Part shown: positions 49,987-58,947 of the stretch, piece after piece | Layout: each line of letters begins with the position of its first letter | Numbering within the stretch: position 1 is the first letter of the stretch | IMG/VR virus record: IMGVR_UViG_3300010224_000001 | Coordinates: 128,001 to 192,000 of that record | From: a virus | Reading direction: 5' to 3' (one strand) | DNA: 64,000 nt | Translations under genes and position numbers: made by a program | The notes under the pieces: model-generated | The model's input: the letters and a program-made list of their open reading frames with translations, nothing else | What the model was told of the DNA's origin: nothing | The model's database searches: none

Positions 49987-50409
49987 TTACCTTTTCTTGT
50001 TCGTAAAAGTTGATTCAGACAGACTAAAAGAGCGCACAATGCGTTCGAAACTACCCTCAGGGGTAATCTCAAACACAAAGGCGTAAATCGTTTTGGGGCG
50101 CTGTATGTTCTCGCAAATGCGTAACACCAGCTGTCCTGGAATGTTGGACATCCAAGTCAAAGACGCTTTGATCTCGGCTTCTTCGTTATCAAGCTCTTTC
50201 TTGATGCTGAAAACGTAAGTCGCAATCGTATCGGTAATTTGTTGTTTGAGCGCTTTGTTAGGAGTGCAGGTGCGAATCAAATCTGCTAGTGTATCGGCAG
50301 TGGTCCACATCACTGCATTTTGCATGTAGAGGAAAATGCCAGGATGTTCATTTCCTCGGGTAGCACGCATGAAGTTTCTAAACCAGATCGGTTGTTCGAG
50401 CGAATACAT
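49987..50409 (-). CDS. hypothetical protein
   Basis: First ORF downstream of the omegaRNA-like region. Confidence 0.65.
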   Translation of the reverse strand: MYSLEQPIWFRNFMRATRGNEHPGIFLYMQNAVMWTTADTLADLIRTCTPNKALKQQITDTIATYVFSIKKELDNEEAEIKASLTWMSNIPGQLVLRICENIQRPKTIYAFVFEITPEGSFERIVRSFSLSESTFTNKKR

Positions 50410-50449
50410 GTAAGCTTCTTTCTTGAGTTTTTAATAAACAGGAGTCCTC

Positions 50450-50560
50450 TGGCTGACTCTCTAATGGTAATCTGGCATTCCTCAATTTCAGGATTCCTGC
50501 TGCTGATCGCTCCACTACACGATTCACTTGACAGGCTAGCTGGGTCTACCCGGCCCTTGT
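50450..50560 (-). ncRNA. TnpB omegaRNA (reRNA) scaffold plus putative guide
   Basis: GGGCCGGGTAGACCCAGCTAGCCTGTCAAGTGAATCG...CAGCAGGAATCC resembles IS605-family tnpB 3' RNA scaffolds; boundaries approximate. Confidence 0.7.
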
Positions 50561-50574
50561 AAAGTTAAAGTAAT

Positions 50575-51753
50575 TTATCTAGCGAAGCTAAATTCTGAAG
50601 CCTTGTTGTAAATATTCATAGCTGCCACTACATCAGCATTGTTAGAATATCCGCAATCAATGCAACAAAACTGTGATTGTGTCTTACGATTCTCTTTAGC
50701 TACAAAGGAACAGCTAGGACAAGTTTGACTAGTGTGTTTAGCGTTTACAACAGCTAAATAAGAACCATACCAACCACACTTGTAGGAGATTTGTCTTAAT
50801 AGCTCACCCCAACCTTGCTGTAGGATAGAGCGATTAAGTCCTCGTTTCTGAGCCACATTCCTACCAGGCTGTTCAATCGTACCTCTAGAACTCTTTGACA
50901 TTTGAGTAATCTTCAAATCTTCCATAATCACCGCGGCGTGGTTTTTGCTGATGTAAGATGAAAGTTTGTGAAGAGTATCATTACGCATGTCGGAAATACG
51001 TTTATGTTGCTTTGCTACTTTAAGTTTTGCTTCGTCGTGATTACGAGAACCTTTGACTTTACGAGTAAATCTTTTCTGTAAAATCTTGAGCTTTTCATAA
51101 GTTTCTCTCATTCGAGGATTATGATCAGTTATCTTGACTAGAGATCCATCAAAGGTAGTTGCTAGATGAACAATTCCAACATCAACTCCTATCGACTTAT
51201 TTGAAGTATTATATCTTTTCTCAATCTCGATTTCGCACAGAACGTTCGCATACCAGTGACCGGCTCTGTGCGAGATGGTAATTGACTTCGGAATACCTTC
51301 TAACGATCTATCTTTTCTATACTTAACTAACCCTACCTTTGGTAGCTTTAAATGCTTTTCTCTAATTTCGAAATATTGAGGAATCCTAAATGAATCACTA
51401 ATACCTTTCTTTTTGAATTGAGGGTAATTAGATTCTTTTCTAAAAAAGCGTTGAAAAGCCATACCAAGATTAGCAAGACTCTGCTGAAGGACTTGTCCAG
51501 AGCAATCGTTTAACCAGAAAGTATCAGGATTTTTCTTAAGTAACACTAACTCATTGCTTAATGAAAATACATTTACACTGATACTTTGCTGATGAAGTTC
51601 TTTCCAGCGCGCTAACCCCCAGTTATAAACAAAACGAGAACAACCGGAGAATTGCTTGAATATTTTCTCTTGTGCTGCATTACAGTCAAGTTTATATTTA
51701 AACGTTTTGTTGATTTTATTGACCCTTCTAGAAGGGTCTGATGAAACTATCAT
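50575..51753 (-). CDS. tnpB: TnpB RNA-guided endonuclease (IS200/IS605 family)
   Basis: N-terminal HTH (CSRFVYNWGL), RuvC-I GVDVG, RuvC-II MEDL, Zn finger TSQTCPSC..CIDC, RuvC-III NADVVAAMNI. Confidence 0.95.
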   Translation of the reverse strand: MIVSSDPSRRVNKINKTFKYKLDCNAAQEKIFKQFSGCSRFVYNWGLARWKELHQQSISVNVFSLSNELVLLKKNPDTFWLNDCSGQVLQQSLANLGMAFQRFFRKESNYPQFKKKGISDSFRIPQYFEIREKHLKLPKVGLVKYRKDRSLEGIPKSITISHRAGHWYANVLCEIEIEKRYNTSNKSIGVDVGIVHLATTFDGSLVKITDHNPRMRETYEKLKILQKRFTRKVKGSRNHDEAKLKVAKQHKRISDMRNDTLHKLSSYISKNHAAVIMEDLKITQMSKSSRGTIEQPGRNVAQKRGLNRSILQQGWGELLRQISYKCGWYGSYLAVVNAKHTSQTCPSCSFVAKENRKTQSQFCCIDCGYSNNADVVAAMNIYNKASEFSFAR

Positions 51754-51795
51754 CTTTACCTCCTTTGAAGAAAGATAATCGTAGTGTATATGTTA

Positions 51796-51814
51796 GTAAT
51801 ATATACTTGAAAAA
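51796..51814 (-). promoter_or_regulatory. phage early promoter upstream of tnpB
   Basis: TTTTTCAAGTATATATTAC (exact TATATTAC) about 42 nt before the tnpB ATG; SD AAAGGAGGT. Confidence 0.75.
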
Positions 51815-51835
51815 CTATCTAGTCTAAAAATGAAC

Positions 51836-51885
51836 AAAAAAAAGAATAGCCTAAGCCATTCTTTTTGTAGACCCGAAGGTCTACG
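51836..51885 (-). terminator. tandem hairpin terminator
   Basis: GTAGAC-CTTCGG-GTCTAC then AAAAAGAATGGC-TTAG-GCTATTCTTTTTTTT on the minus strand. Confidence 0.75.
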
Positions 51886-51891
51886 TTTATA

Positions 51892-52056
51892 TCAAGCACA
51901 CCACCAAGGACGTTTCCATGGATCGTTAGAACGAGCACAGATGAAAGCTTCGGTGCGTTCAATGGCGGTGGGTTCCTTACCAGTCTTTCTGCGGTAAGTG
52001 TCCAAGCACTCGCGATAAAGCGTGGCAGCTTTACCTTTGAGTTGAATGATTGCCAT
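51892..52056 (-). CDS. small hypothetical protein (54 aa, not in ORF track)
   Basis: MAIIQLKGKAATLYRECLDTYRRKTGKEPT..., SD GGGAGAG. Confidence 0.6.
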   Translation of the reverse strand: MAIIQLKGKAATLYRECLDTYRRKTGKEPTAIERTEAFICARSNDPWKRPWWCA

Positions 52057-52067
52057 TAGACTCTCCC

Positions 52068-52328
52068 TTATCCTGAAACCACGTTGAAAGTCTTATGAAA
52101 GTCCACAGCGGTGTAGACCTCCGTCAGTTCTTTGTTGGGCATCTTGACAACGAAGTTGCCAGGACGAACCATCACTGCATCACGGAGCATGTCCATCTGG
52201 CTGGCGTTGACCCATGCAGTGCCATTCTTATCCGTAGTGACAAGACGACACTTTACGCCTGGCTGCCATTCCCAGGCTTCACCCTGAACAACTATGGGTT
52301 CTACCTTGAGCTTTGCAGTAGTTTTCAT
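52068..52328 (-). CDS. hypothetical protein (PGDYG-like)
   Basis: VRPGNFVVK...DFHKTF pattern. Confidence 0.6.
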   Translation of the reverse strand: MKTTAKLKVEPIVVQGEAWEWQPGVKCRLVTTDKNGTAWVNASQMDMLRDAVMVRPGNFVVKMPNKELTEVYTAVDFHKTFNVVSG

Positions 52329-52329
52329 T

Positions 52330-53616
52330 TTAGTCCTTCTTATTAGGGTCCGAGGTAAAATTACCTTCTTCGGTTTCACCATCATCGATGTAGGTAGTTT
52401 TATCGGACAACATTTCATCTGAACCAGGATCGTTATCAGCAAACTTCACAAGCAGTAATTCATCATCGCCAATGTATGGAATGAGGCGACTTTTCAGATC
52501 ATCCCTGGTAAACTTGACAGTTTCTGGAAGACCTTTAACGACCTCACTGATAAGTTCCTGACGATGTTTCAGACTACCATCATACTCCATAACCTCATCG
52601 CCTTCGCGCGGAATATGTTTTTCCGCGTTAGCCATGAGTTGCTCCTGCTCCATCCTTGCAAACTTCTGCTTGAGAAGATCACCCAAGCTAGGTGGATTAC
52701 CTTGTTTGTCTTTAGGACGAGTAAGCTCAGCTGGAGATTCGAGAAACGCGCCAGCAACTGCGCTGTTGCATAACTTAATTGGTTTTCCATCTTCTCCGGT
52801 TGGTGGAAATGAGAACATTCCCGGAATGAATGGACTGTCAGAAGTATCGTCAGATGCGACAAGATCTGCGGTGACATCGTAGTCACGATAACCGCTAGGA
52901 ACATACTTGTCAGCGTCATCGAAAATTACAACCGCACGAGGAATGGAATCCAAAGCATTCATGGATTTCATGATGTCTCCGTCATATTCTTCCTGCGCTG
53001 TATAAGCTTTCATGCGGCACTTCGGAATAAGACGTTTGACAACTTGATGAAGCTTCTTCTTGCTAACATGGTAACGATGCGGGCCATCAAATGTTTTGGT
53101 TGGCTCAATGACTTTGACGATATGCGTGTCGAAAATCATACCGACGAGTTTCTCATGATTCACAAGCTCGTCAGGTTTCATGTACTTATTAGAAACGTAC
53201 ATGACCAAATCATCGAAGGCACTTACATCGTAATAGGAAGGGTGCTTGATCCAACCGTATTGAATCGCCAGGTAATTCTCTACCTCCCAGAATTCTTTGA
53301 AGAAAGCACTGTCGTCACCGTTATCGATCATTGCCACACCTGGAGCACGGTGAGTGATCTCCAACACATTCAAAATGCTATATGTTTCTGGTTCAGCATT
53401 TTCTTTTGGAGTGTACCAAATATGCGCCATCGGTTTGCCGGTGATGACGTAATTGTCCGGCGTGTTCTTACTCAGCTTCTGAACTTCCAGCTTGATGTGT
53501 ACAGCGTCAATTACCTTTCCATCAGAATGGCTGTATGCTTTAACCACAGCGATTGTACCTTTGCTGAAGAAGGCAGGCGAGAACTTACGACGATACGGAT
53601 TAAATTTGTTGCTCAT
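52330..53616 (-). CDS. hypothetical protein (paralog family D)
   Basis: FSPAFFSKGT, RAPGVA, VSKKKL..KC.M..Y.AQ shared with 53662..54564. Confidence 0.75.
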   Translation of the reverse strand: MSNKFNPYRRKFSPAFFSKGTIAVVKAYSHSDGKVIDAVHIKLEVQKLSKNTPDNYVITGKPMAHIWYTPKENAEPETYSILNVLEITHRAPGVAMIDNGDDSAFFKEFWEVENYLAIQYGWIKHPSYYDVSAFDDLVMYVSNKYMKPDELVNHEKLVGMIFDTHIVKVIEPTKTFDGPHRYHVSKKKLHQVVKRLIPKCRMKAYTAQEEYDGDIMKSMNALDSIPRAVVIFDDADKYVPSGYRDYDVTADLVASDDTSDSPFIPGMFSFPPTGEDGKPIKLCNSAVAGAFLESPAELTRPKDKQGNPPSLGDLLKQKFARMEQEQLMANAEKHIPREGDEVMEYDGSLKHRQELISEVVKGLPETVKFTRDDLKSRLIPYIGDDELLLVKFADNDPGSDEMLSDKTTYIDDGETEEGNFTSDPNKKD

Positions 53617-53661
53617 TTTGATTCTCCTTTATTGATTATTAACAGCTAAATAGTGAATGGA

Positions 53662-54564
53662 TTAGGAAAAGAAATCGTCGCCGAAATGTGCTTCCATCAT
53701 GCGGTCATCTTCGCGAGCACACATGTCGCACATCATTCCGGTACCTTTATTGACATAGCGTTCATAACAAGTATTGCAAACCGGGATATTCTTGCTACAG
53801 TCACCCGGATCTTCCATCATCATCTGTTTATGACCGTGTTCATTGACTGTTTCGAAACGAATAGCGCGGTCGTCTTCACGATCATCCGGATCATCATGCA
53901 AGTGTTCCCATTCACGGTCGTTTTCGTCTTGTGCCTTGTATTGATTCATCAAGCACTTGTTGAAAACACGTTTGATGGCTTTACGCAGCTTCTTCTTATT
54001 GACAGAAGACATGTAACCCCAATCGACATTATCGAGATGGAAGATGTGCTGTTGCCTCAACAACGAAACCATCTTTTCCACATCGATGACGTGATCCATG
54101 GAGTTAGCTATTTCGAAGGCAATGCCGCCGACTAGTCGATTAACGTCCATCACCTTGTAGCGCGAATGGTGTTTTACTTCAGTCGGATCATAGCAGCGCA
54201 TGTTGTTCTTGACGTTTTCGTCAAAGAACTCCTTCAGATATTTCTTGTTCGGCACGCCATAACCGTGACCGGCTTCATGAACCACTGCGACGCCTGGAGC
54301 GCGCTTGATGATCTTCCTCACGTAGCAGATGTTGAACGCTTCGTTACACCCCGTAACATCCTTGAACACCGGAGTTTCCAGGATGTAACTGTGAGGACCA
54401 TTCTTGATCAGCCGCTTGACCTCAATTGTCAGATCGCCGCCACAGACGTTGACAACGCAGGTTGTACCTACGGTAAAGAAAGCGGTCGAGAACGGATGCG
54501 TTTCTTTACGTTCTTTACGGGAATTCTTGTATTCGTTTGATTTGGTATTGACTTGAGTGTTCAT
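53662..54564 (-). CDS. hypothetical protein (paralog family D) with C-terminal Zn finger
   Basis: FSTAFFTVGT, RAPGVA; CNTC..CDMC. Confidence 0.75.
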   Translation of the reverse strand: MNTQVNTKSNEYKNSRKERKETHPFSTAFFTVGTTCVVNVCGGDLTIEVKRLIKNGPHSYILETPVFKDVTGCNEAFNICYVRKIIKRAPGVAVVHEAGHGYGVPNKKYLKEFFDENVKNNMRCYDPTEVKHHSRYKVMDVNRLVGGIAFEIANSMDHVIDVEKMVSLLRQQHIFHLDNVDWGYMSSVNKKKLRKAIKRVFNKCLMNQYKAQDENDREWEHLHDDPDDREDDRAIRFETVNEHGHKQMMMEDPGDCSKNIPVCNTCYERYVNKGTGMMCDMCAREDDRMMEAHFGDDFFS

Positions 54565-54605
54565 GATGGACTTTCCTTTCTAATTGGTTATTAAGAGTGC
54601 AGCAT

Positions 54606-55145
54606 TTAGATGTGAACGAAACCGGACGTTGCTGTGGGGTCTCCCGACACCCAGAGTGAAAGATATTTGGATCGCGGTTGCTCGGACGAAAGGTAGTGAT
54701 CGATCATCTTGGTGATTTCGATAACATAACCTTTACCGAGCGGGTATTCTACGATCTTTGCGATCGTTCCTTCGACCACCGCCCGCGTATTAAGGAAGTA
54801 ACAATGAATCAAGACCTTGCCACCTTCGGCTTTATCACGAGGTAGGTATTCTTTACGCACTGCCTTAAGAATGGGATGGGGATTACCACCTTTGAAGTTG
54901 GAAATTGCTTTTGCAAACATTTCTTCATCTGAAGAAGTCCATTGCACTTCTTCGTTAACTTCGTAGTAATCTTTTTTGCTGTAAGCTTCTTGCAGAGCGA
55001 TTGCAGCTTTTGCCAGTTCGGTCTTACCAGGGGACATCGGTTTACCTTCGAGATGCCACTGAACATAAAGACCAACAAGCTTCATGTTCATGTTTTCAAC
55101 CGGAACAGAAGAAGCTTGCAGTTGTTGATCGATAGTAAAAGACAT
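54606..55145 (-). CDS. hypothetical protein
   Basis: ORF with SD and leader motif. Confidence 0.7.
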   Translation of the reverse strand: MSFTIDQQLQASSVPVENMNMKLVGLYVQWHLEGKPMSPGKTELAKAAIALQEAYSKKDYYEVNEEVQWTSSDEEMFAKAISNFKGGNPHPILKAVRKEYLPRDKAEGGKVLIHCYFLNTRAVVEGTIAKIVEYPLGKGYVIEITKMIDHYLSSEQPRSKYLSLWVSGDPTATSGFVHI

Positions 55146-55189
55146 GGGGATTCCTTATAGTTGATTATTAGTTAACAGCATAAATAAAA

Positions 55190-55222
55190 GGAGAGTGATA
55201 CCGTTATTCTGGTATCACTCTA
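55190..55222 (-). terminator. terminator hairpin
   Basis: AGAGTGATACC-GTTATTCT-GGTATCACTCT, followed by TTTTATTTATG on the minus strand. Confidence 0.75.
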
Positions 55223-55232
55223 CTGGGTTGTA

Positions 55233-55766
55233 TTACGTGAAAAGGATTTCGGCTTTGGTGTAACCCAGCGAAGCCATACCCCATTTGAGATGGAGCCAGT
55301 CGATTTGATCTTGCTTCAAGCTGTCCATAAGACCGAGCGTCATGATGCCGACACTAAGTCCTGGGAATTTCGCAGTGAAGAATTGCTCCACACACTCAGT
55401 CAACTGCTCCTCACTCAGACCGCTCTTTTTGAGAGCTTCCTTGAAGATGTTAGCGAAATGATGATGTTCCTCGATTTTCGACGAGGTCATTTCGACAACG
55501 ACTTCAAATGGATCTTCGACACTGACAGTGACCCATTCAACATCCGCAAAATCCGGATCAGCTTTCAAGGTTTCCAGATCAACCAGACTAACGGTAGACG
55601 GGTAACCGAGTTCGCGTGACGTGACCAGATGACTAACAATTGCATCACGCGCATTCGTAACCGCTTCGTCTTTGGTATCACCAGAGCTAAAACAACCCAG
55701 CAGATTAGCTATCGTAACACCGTAGCATCTTTCTTGACCTTTGTGAATCGCTAGATAGTAATTCAT
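55233..55766 (-). CDS. HicB-like antitoxin domain protein
   Basis: YLAIHK...YGVTIANLLGCFSSGDTKDEAVTNARDAIVSHL is the HicB N-terminal pattern. Confidence 0.8.
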   Translation of the reverse strand: MNYYLAIHKGQERCYGVTIANLLGCFSSGDTKDEAVTNARDAIVSHLVTSRELGYPSTVSLVDLETLKADPDFADVEWVTVSVEDPFEVVVEMTSSKIEEHHHFANIFKEALKKSGLSEEQLTECVEQFFTAKFPGLSVGIMTLGLMDSLKQDQIDWLHLKWGMASLGYTKAEILFT

Positions 55767-55778
55767 CTACTCCCTTTC

Positions 55779-57029
55779 TTAATAGGCTTGTTGCAAGGCC
55801 GGATCACCGTAATGACCGCCGTAACCACGACCATTACGCCACGGCATACGGACACGCTCGAACTCTTCCTGGGCTTCACGGAACTTGGCATGGTAAGCGT
55901 CGCGGTCAATATAACGGCAGATGTAAGACACGTCGCCTTTCTTGAACTCGAGCTTAGTCTTGTCGTCAGCGAAGTAGCCCACGAAATCATCTTGCGACAG
56001 CTTGATCGTCACGTTCTCGGCAGACTTCTTGTCTTCCTTGAATTCGTAATACGACACGTCGATAGAGAATTTATCTTTGTTCAGATAAACGCCCTGGAAG
56101 CTACCGACTGCTGTGCCAGTGTGGACTTCTTTGCAATCCTGATACGCCTTCATTTCGAAGTACGAGTTAGTATTGCGACCATTGGTGGCCATGATCTCGA
56201 TGCACTCGTTCAGATCGTTGTCGAACTGATTCATCTCTTCAACGAAACTTGCCATGCCGTCAAAGTTCATGCCAACCTTATCGTTAGCATGCGACAGAGC
56301 CAAATGAACGAATGCACCAACATGTGATTCATCTTTGTCTTTCAGATGTTCACGCACATATTCTTCAACCGTGTTCACATCCATGTGCTTAAAGCGAATG
56401 ATGTAACGAACGCGGGAAGGACGATCTTGCAGGTACTTCGAGATCAAATGCATGTCGTTGGCCGTGAGGACGGTAAGTTTCTTACCTGAAGCTGAAACAC
56501 CGTCGAGCACTTGCAGAATCGAATCCTGCGCTTTCGAACCGTACTGCTGACCATGTTTATTCTGCTCGCTATACGTTTTGCAGAATTCATCGAAGGCCAG
56601 CATACAGTCCTGCGTGATCGAAGCCAGGAAGCTGACAAACAAATCACCAGCGTAAGGCTGATTGATCAGAATCACCGGCATATCCAGATCAATTGCAGCT
56701 TTAGCCATTGCCTTGAGGGTAATGGTTTTGCCAGAACCACGTTCGCCTACCAGCAGCGCGCCGAGGTTCTTGTTGTTGATGCAATACGACTTGAAGAAGC
56801 GGTCGATGTTCTTGAGCACATTACCATAGACACGCTTGGGAAGCTCAAAGTCGAGTGCAGGTTTCAGATAGAAGTAAGCTTCAGTCTGGGTTTCATGATA
56901 GCTGAGGATATACACCCCGGCAGGCAGTTTAGTACTAGGTTGATGGCGCGGCACCGTACCGACGCGAAACGTCTTGTCTGCGATCTCATGAAAGTTGTAC
57001 TGAATCTCGTCTTTCTTGGGATTTGCCAT
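55779..57029 (-). CDS. AAA+ ATPase
   Basis: GERGSGKT Walker A, FDEF Walker B, LTAN sensor, DRPSR Arg finger. Confidence 0.9.
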   Translation of the reverse strand: MANPKKDEIQYNFHEIADKTFRVGTVPRHQPSTKLPAGVYILSYHETQTEAYFYLKPALDFELPKRVYGNVLKNIDRFFKSYCINNKNLGALLVGERGSGKTITLKAMAKAAIDLDMPVILINQPYAGDLFVSFLASITQDCMLAFDEFCKTYSEQNKHGQQYGSKAQDSILQVLDGVSASGKKLTVLTANDMHLISKYLQDRPSRVRYIIRFKHMDVNTVEEYVREHLKDKDESHVGAFVHLALSHANDKVGMNFDGMASFVEEMNQFDNDLNECIEIMATNGRNTNSYFEMKAYQDCKEVHTGTAVGSFQGVYLNKDKFSIDVSYYEFKEDKKSAENVTIKLSQDDFVGYFADDKTKLEFKKGDVSYICRYIDRDAYHAKFREAQEEFERVRMPWRNGRGYGGHYGDPALQQAY

Positions 57030-57086
57030 AGTTGGACTTACTCCTATATTGGTTAAAAAAGAGGCAATGTAAATTGCCCCTCTCGT

Positions 57087-57680
57087 TTATTGCACAGCTG
57101 ATGGGGTCATTGCTGTGATCTTGCCATCGAAGCCGTAGACTGGCTCCAGCATAGCCAGTTCAAGAGCGTCTTCGATAGATACGTTGTCGATGCGAACCAA
57201 GGTCAGAATACTGATCAAGGTATCGGCATCGAGTTTGAAAAGCTTGGTCATCACCTCGTCGCTATCAGCGCCGATCATTGCAACCAAGGTAGCCTTCAAG
57301 GTGTAGCTGCCGGTAATGAAACCAGCGCCGAGCTTGATGAAGAGTGGTTTACCTTTAGTGACTTCCATCACACGGTCCAGAACGACGTTCTTGTACTGTT
57401 CCGGGATACCTTTGTTGAACGGATTATTCACAGCGCTGTAGTAAGCCGCTTCCATCAGCAGCTTCATTTCTTCAGCACTACCTTCGTAGGTGACGACGTC
57501 GATGCAGTCGAGCACGCGCGTCTTGATCACCACTTTGGTATCCGTGACATCCTGCACAGTGCCACCGAAACCGATCTCGTGTTTCAGCAGACCATACAGA
57601 GCACGCGGTACGTCTTGTTCGCGATCAGACGGAAACACTTCACCGTACGGTTTATAACGAACGTCGGTAATTTTGATCAT
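57087..57680 (-). CDS. hypothetical protein
   Basis: First gene after an early promoter. Confidence 0.75.
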   Translation of the reverse strand: MIKITDVRYKPYGEVFPSDREQDVPRALYGLLKHEIGFGGTVQDVTDTKVVIKTRVLDCIDVVTYEGSAEEMKLLMEAAYYSAVNNPFNKGIPEQYKNVVLDRVMEVTKGKPLFIKLGAGFITGSYTLKATLVAMIGADSDEVMTKLFKLDADTLISILTLVRIDNVSIEDALELAMLEPVYGFDGKITAMTPSAVQ

Positions 57681-57764
57681 GATAAATCCTTTCAGTTTTG
57701 TAATTGGTTATTAGTAAGTGAATAAACATTTCGATAGAAAACACACAGTTCTCTATTCACGCCA

Positions 57765-57783
57765 ATGATATATATCTGAAAAT
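57765..57783 (-). promoter_or_regulatory. phage early promoter
   Basis: ATTTTCAGATATATATCAT. Confidence 0.65.
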
Positions 57784-57800
57784 TTTTATCGCCATACAAA

Positions 57801-57832
57801 AAAATAAAGAGGGCCGGAACCCTCTTTATTTA
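57801..57832. terminator. terminator hairpin
   Basis: AAATAAAGAGGG-CCGGAA-CCCTCTTTATTT. Confidence 0.75.
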
Positions 57833-57846
57833 TGCTGCTTTATTTT

Positions 57847-58665
57847 TTAGAACGTTTTGGTGACCAGCCAGTTCATAGCTGCTTGCACTACCACTTCAGC
57901 GTCAGTGTCAGGAGTATCGGGGAAAACATCTTCCGATTTCTGCGCAGGAGAGCCGTCGCTCTTGAGATAAGAAAGACGCACCGAACCATCTTCCATACCC
58001 ATCAAACGAATCATTTGCTGCATGTTGCCAGTGCTGGAACCAGCGCGGATACCAATCACACCCGGCTTGCGATCGAATACCGCACCAATCACATTGCTCT
58101 TGTAAAGACGAGACATAACTTCAACAGCAATCTCGAGCAGATGCATCGAGTCTTTCACGGTTTCTGCTTGCAGGGCTTCTTGCAGCTTTGCTTTATCGCA
58201 GTTACCGTTATTTACCCAATCTTCAACAATGTGAATAATGCGCTGACGTTGTGATTCGTTAACGGCGTTGTTGATGTACGAGCTGATCAGTAAATTGTGG
58301 GAATTGTCCTGACCATTACCAGCAGCATTGTCCGCTTGAGGATGCGGTTGGATCTGGTAGCTTGTGCTGTAAGCCGTAGCGTTCGGAGCATTGTCCGACG
58401 TAGTTGCAGTATCGGAAGCTTGATTACCATTGCTGGAAGCAGCACCTTCAGCGTAATCGGAAGCCGTGGCACCTGCGGCGATTTCATGACCAGGCTTGAT
58501 GTCAGCCAATACAACAGCCGGAGCTACAGCATCGCTAGCGCCTTCAGCATTGACTGTCTGGCCAGGAATCGGTTGCTGCGTCTGTGGAAGACTTGCCAAC
58601 TGTCGCTCAACATTTTCTTCCGGCATGCTGGTGACTGTGGGCTTGTCGGCTTCATTGATGCTCAT
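57847..58665 (-). CDS. hypothetical protein with disordered A/Q/N-rich N-terminus
   Basis: Start MSINEADK after SD AAGGAG. Confidence 0.7.
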   Translation of the reverse strand: MSINEADKPTVTSMPEENVERQLASLPQTQQPIPGQTVNAEGASDAVAPAVVLADIKPGHEIAAGATASDYAEGAASSNGNQASDTATTSDNAPNATAYSTSYQIQPHPQADNAAGNGQDNSHNLLISSYINNAVNESQRQRIIHIVEDWVNNGNCDKAKLQEALQAETVKDSMHLLEIAVEVMSRLYKSNVIGAVFDRKPGVIGIRAGSSTGNMQQMIRLMGMEDGSVRLSYLKSDGSPAQKSEDVFPDTPDTDAEVVVQAAMNWLVTKTF

Positions 58666-58726
58666 GACTTCTCCTTTCATTAACAACAAAGAAATGCAAG
58701 AGGGTTAGAGTCTCTTGCTCTAGAAC

Positions 58727-58945
58727 TTAATGCGTTGTCGATGGCTTACCAGGATAACCTAACGAACCTAACGGGAACTGGAGTCCAAATGTGGTGTTAT
58801 TACGTGTCTTGCCGCTTGGAAAACGCGCAATGCCATCTTCCCCAATAGTGACGTTGTATTGTTTATCAAAGTCAGCCAGAGCTTGAATAGAGCGAGCTTG
58901 AATCTCTTCTTTTTCTTCCTGAGTCATTTCGGAGATAGATTTCAT
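58727..58945 (-). CDS. hypothetical protein
   Basis: SD AAGGAG. Confidence 0.65.
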   Translation of the reverse strand: MKSISEMTQEEKEEIQARSIQALADFDKQYNVTIGEDGIARFPSGKTRNNTTFGLQFPLGSLGYPGKPSTTH

Positions 58946-58947
58946 CT

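Noticed and set aside
50438-51814. Annotation as an intact IS200/IS605 mobile element
   Set aside because: No tnpA, no left-end hairpin and no canonical right-end hairpin are visible
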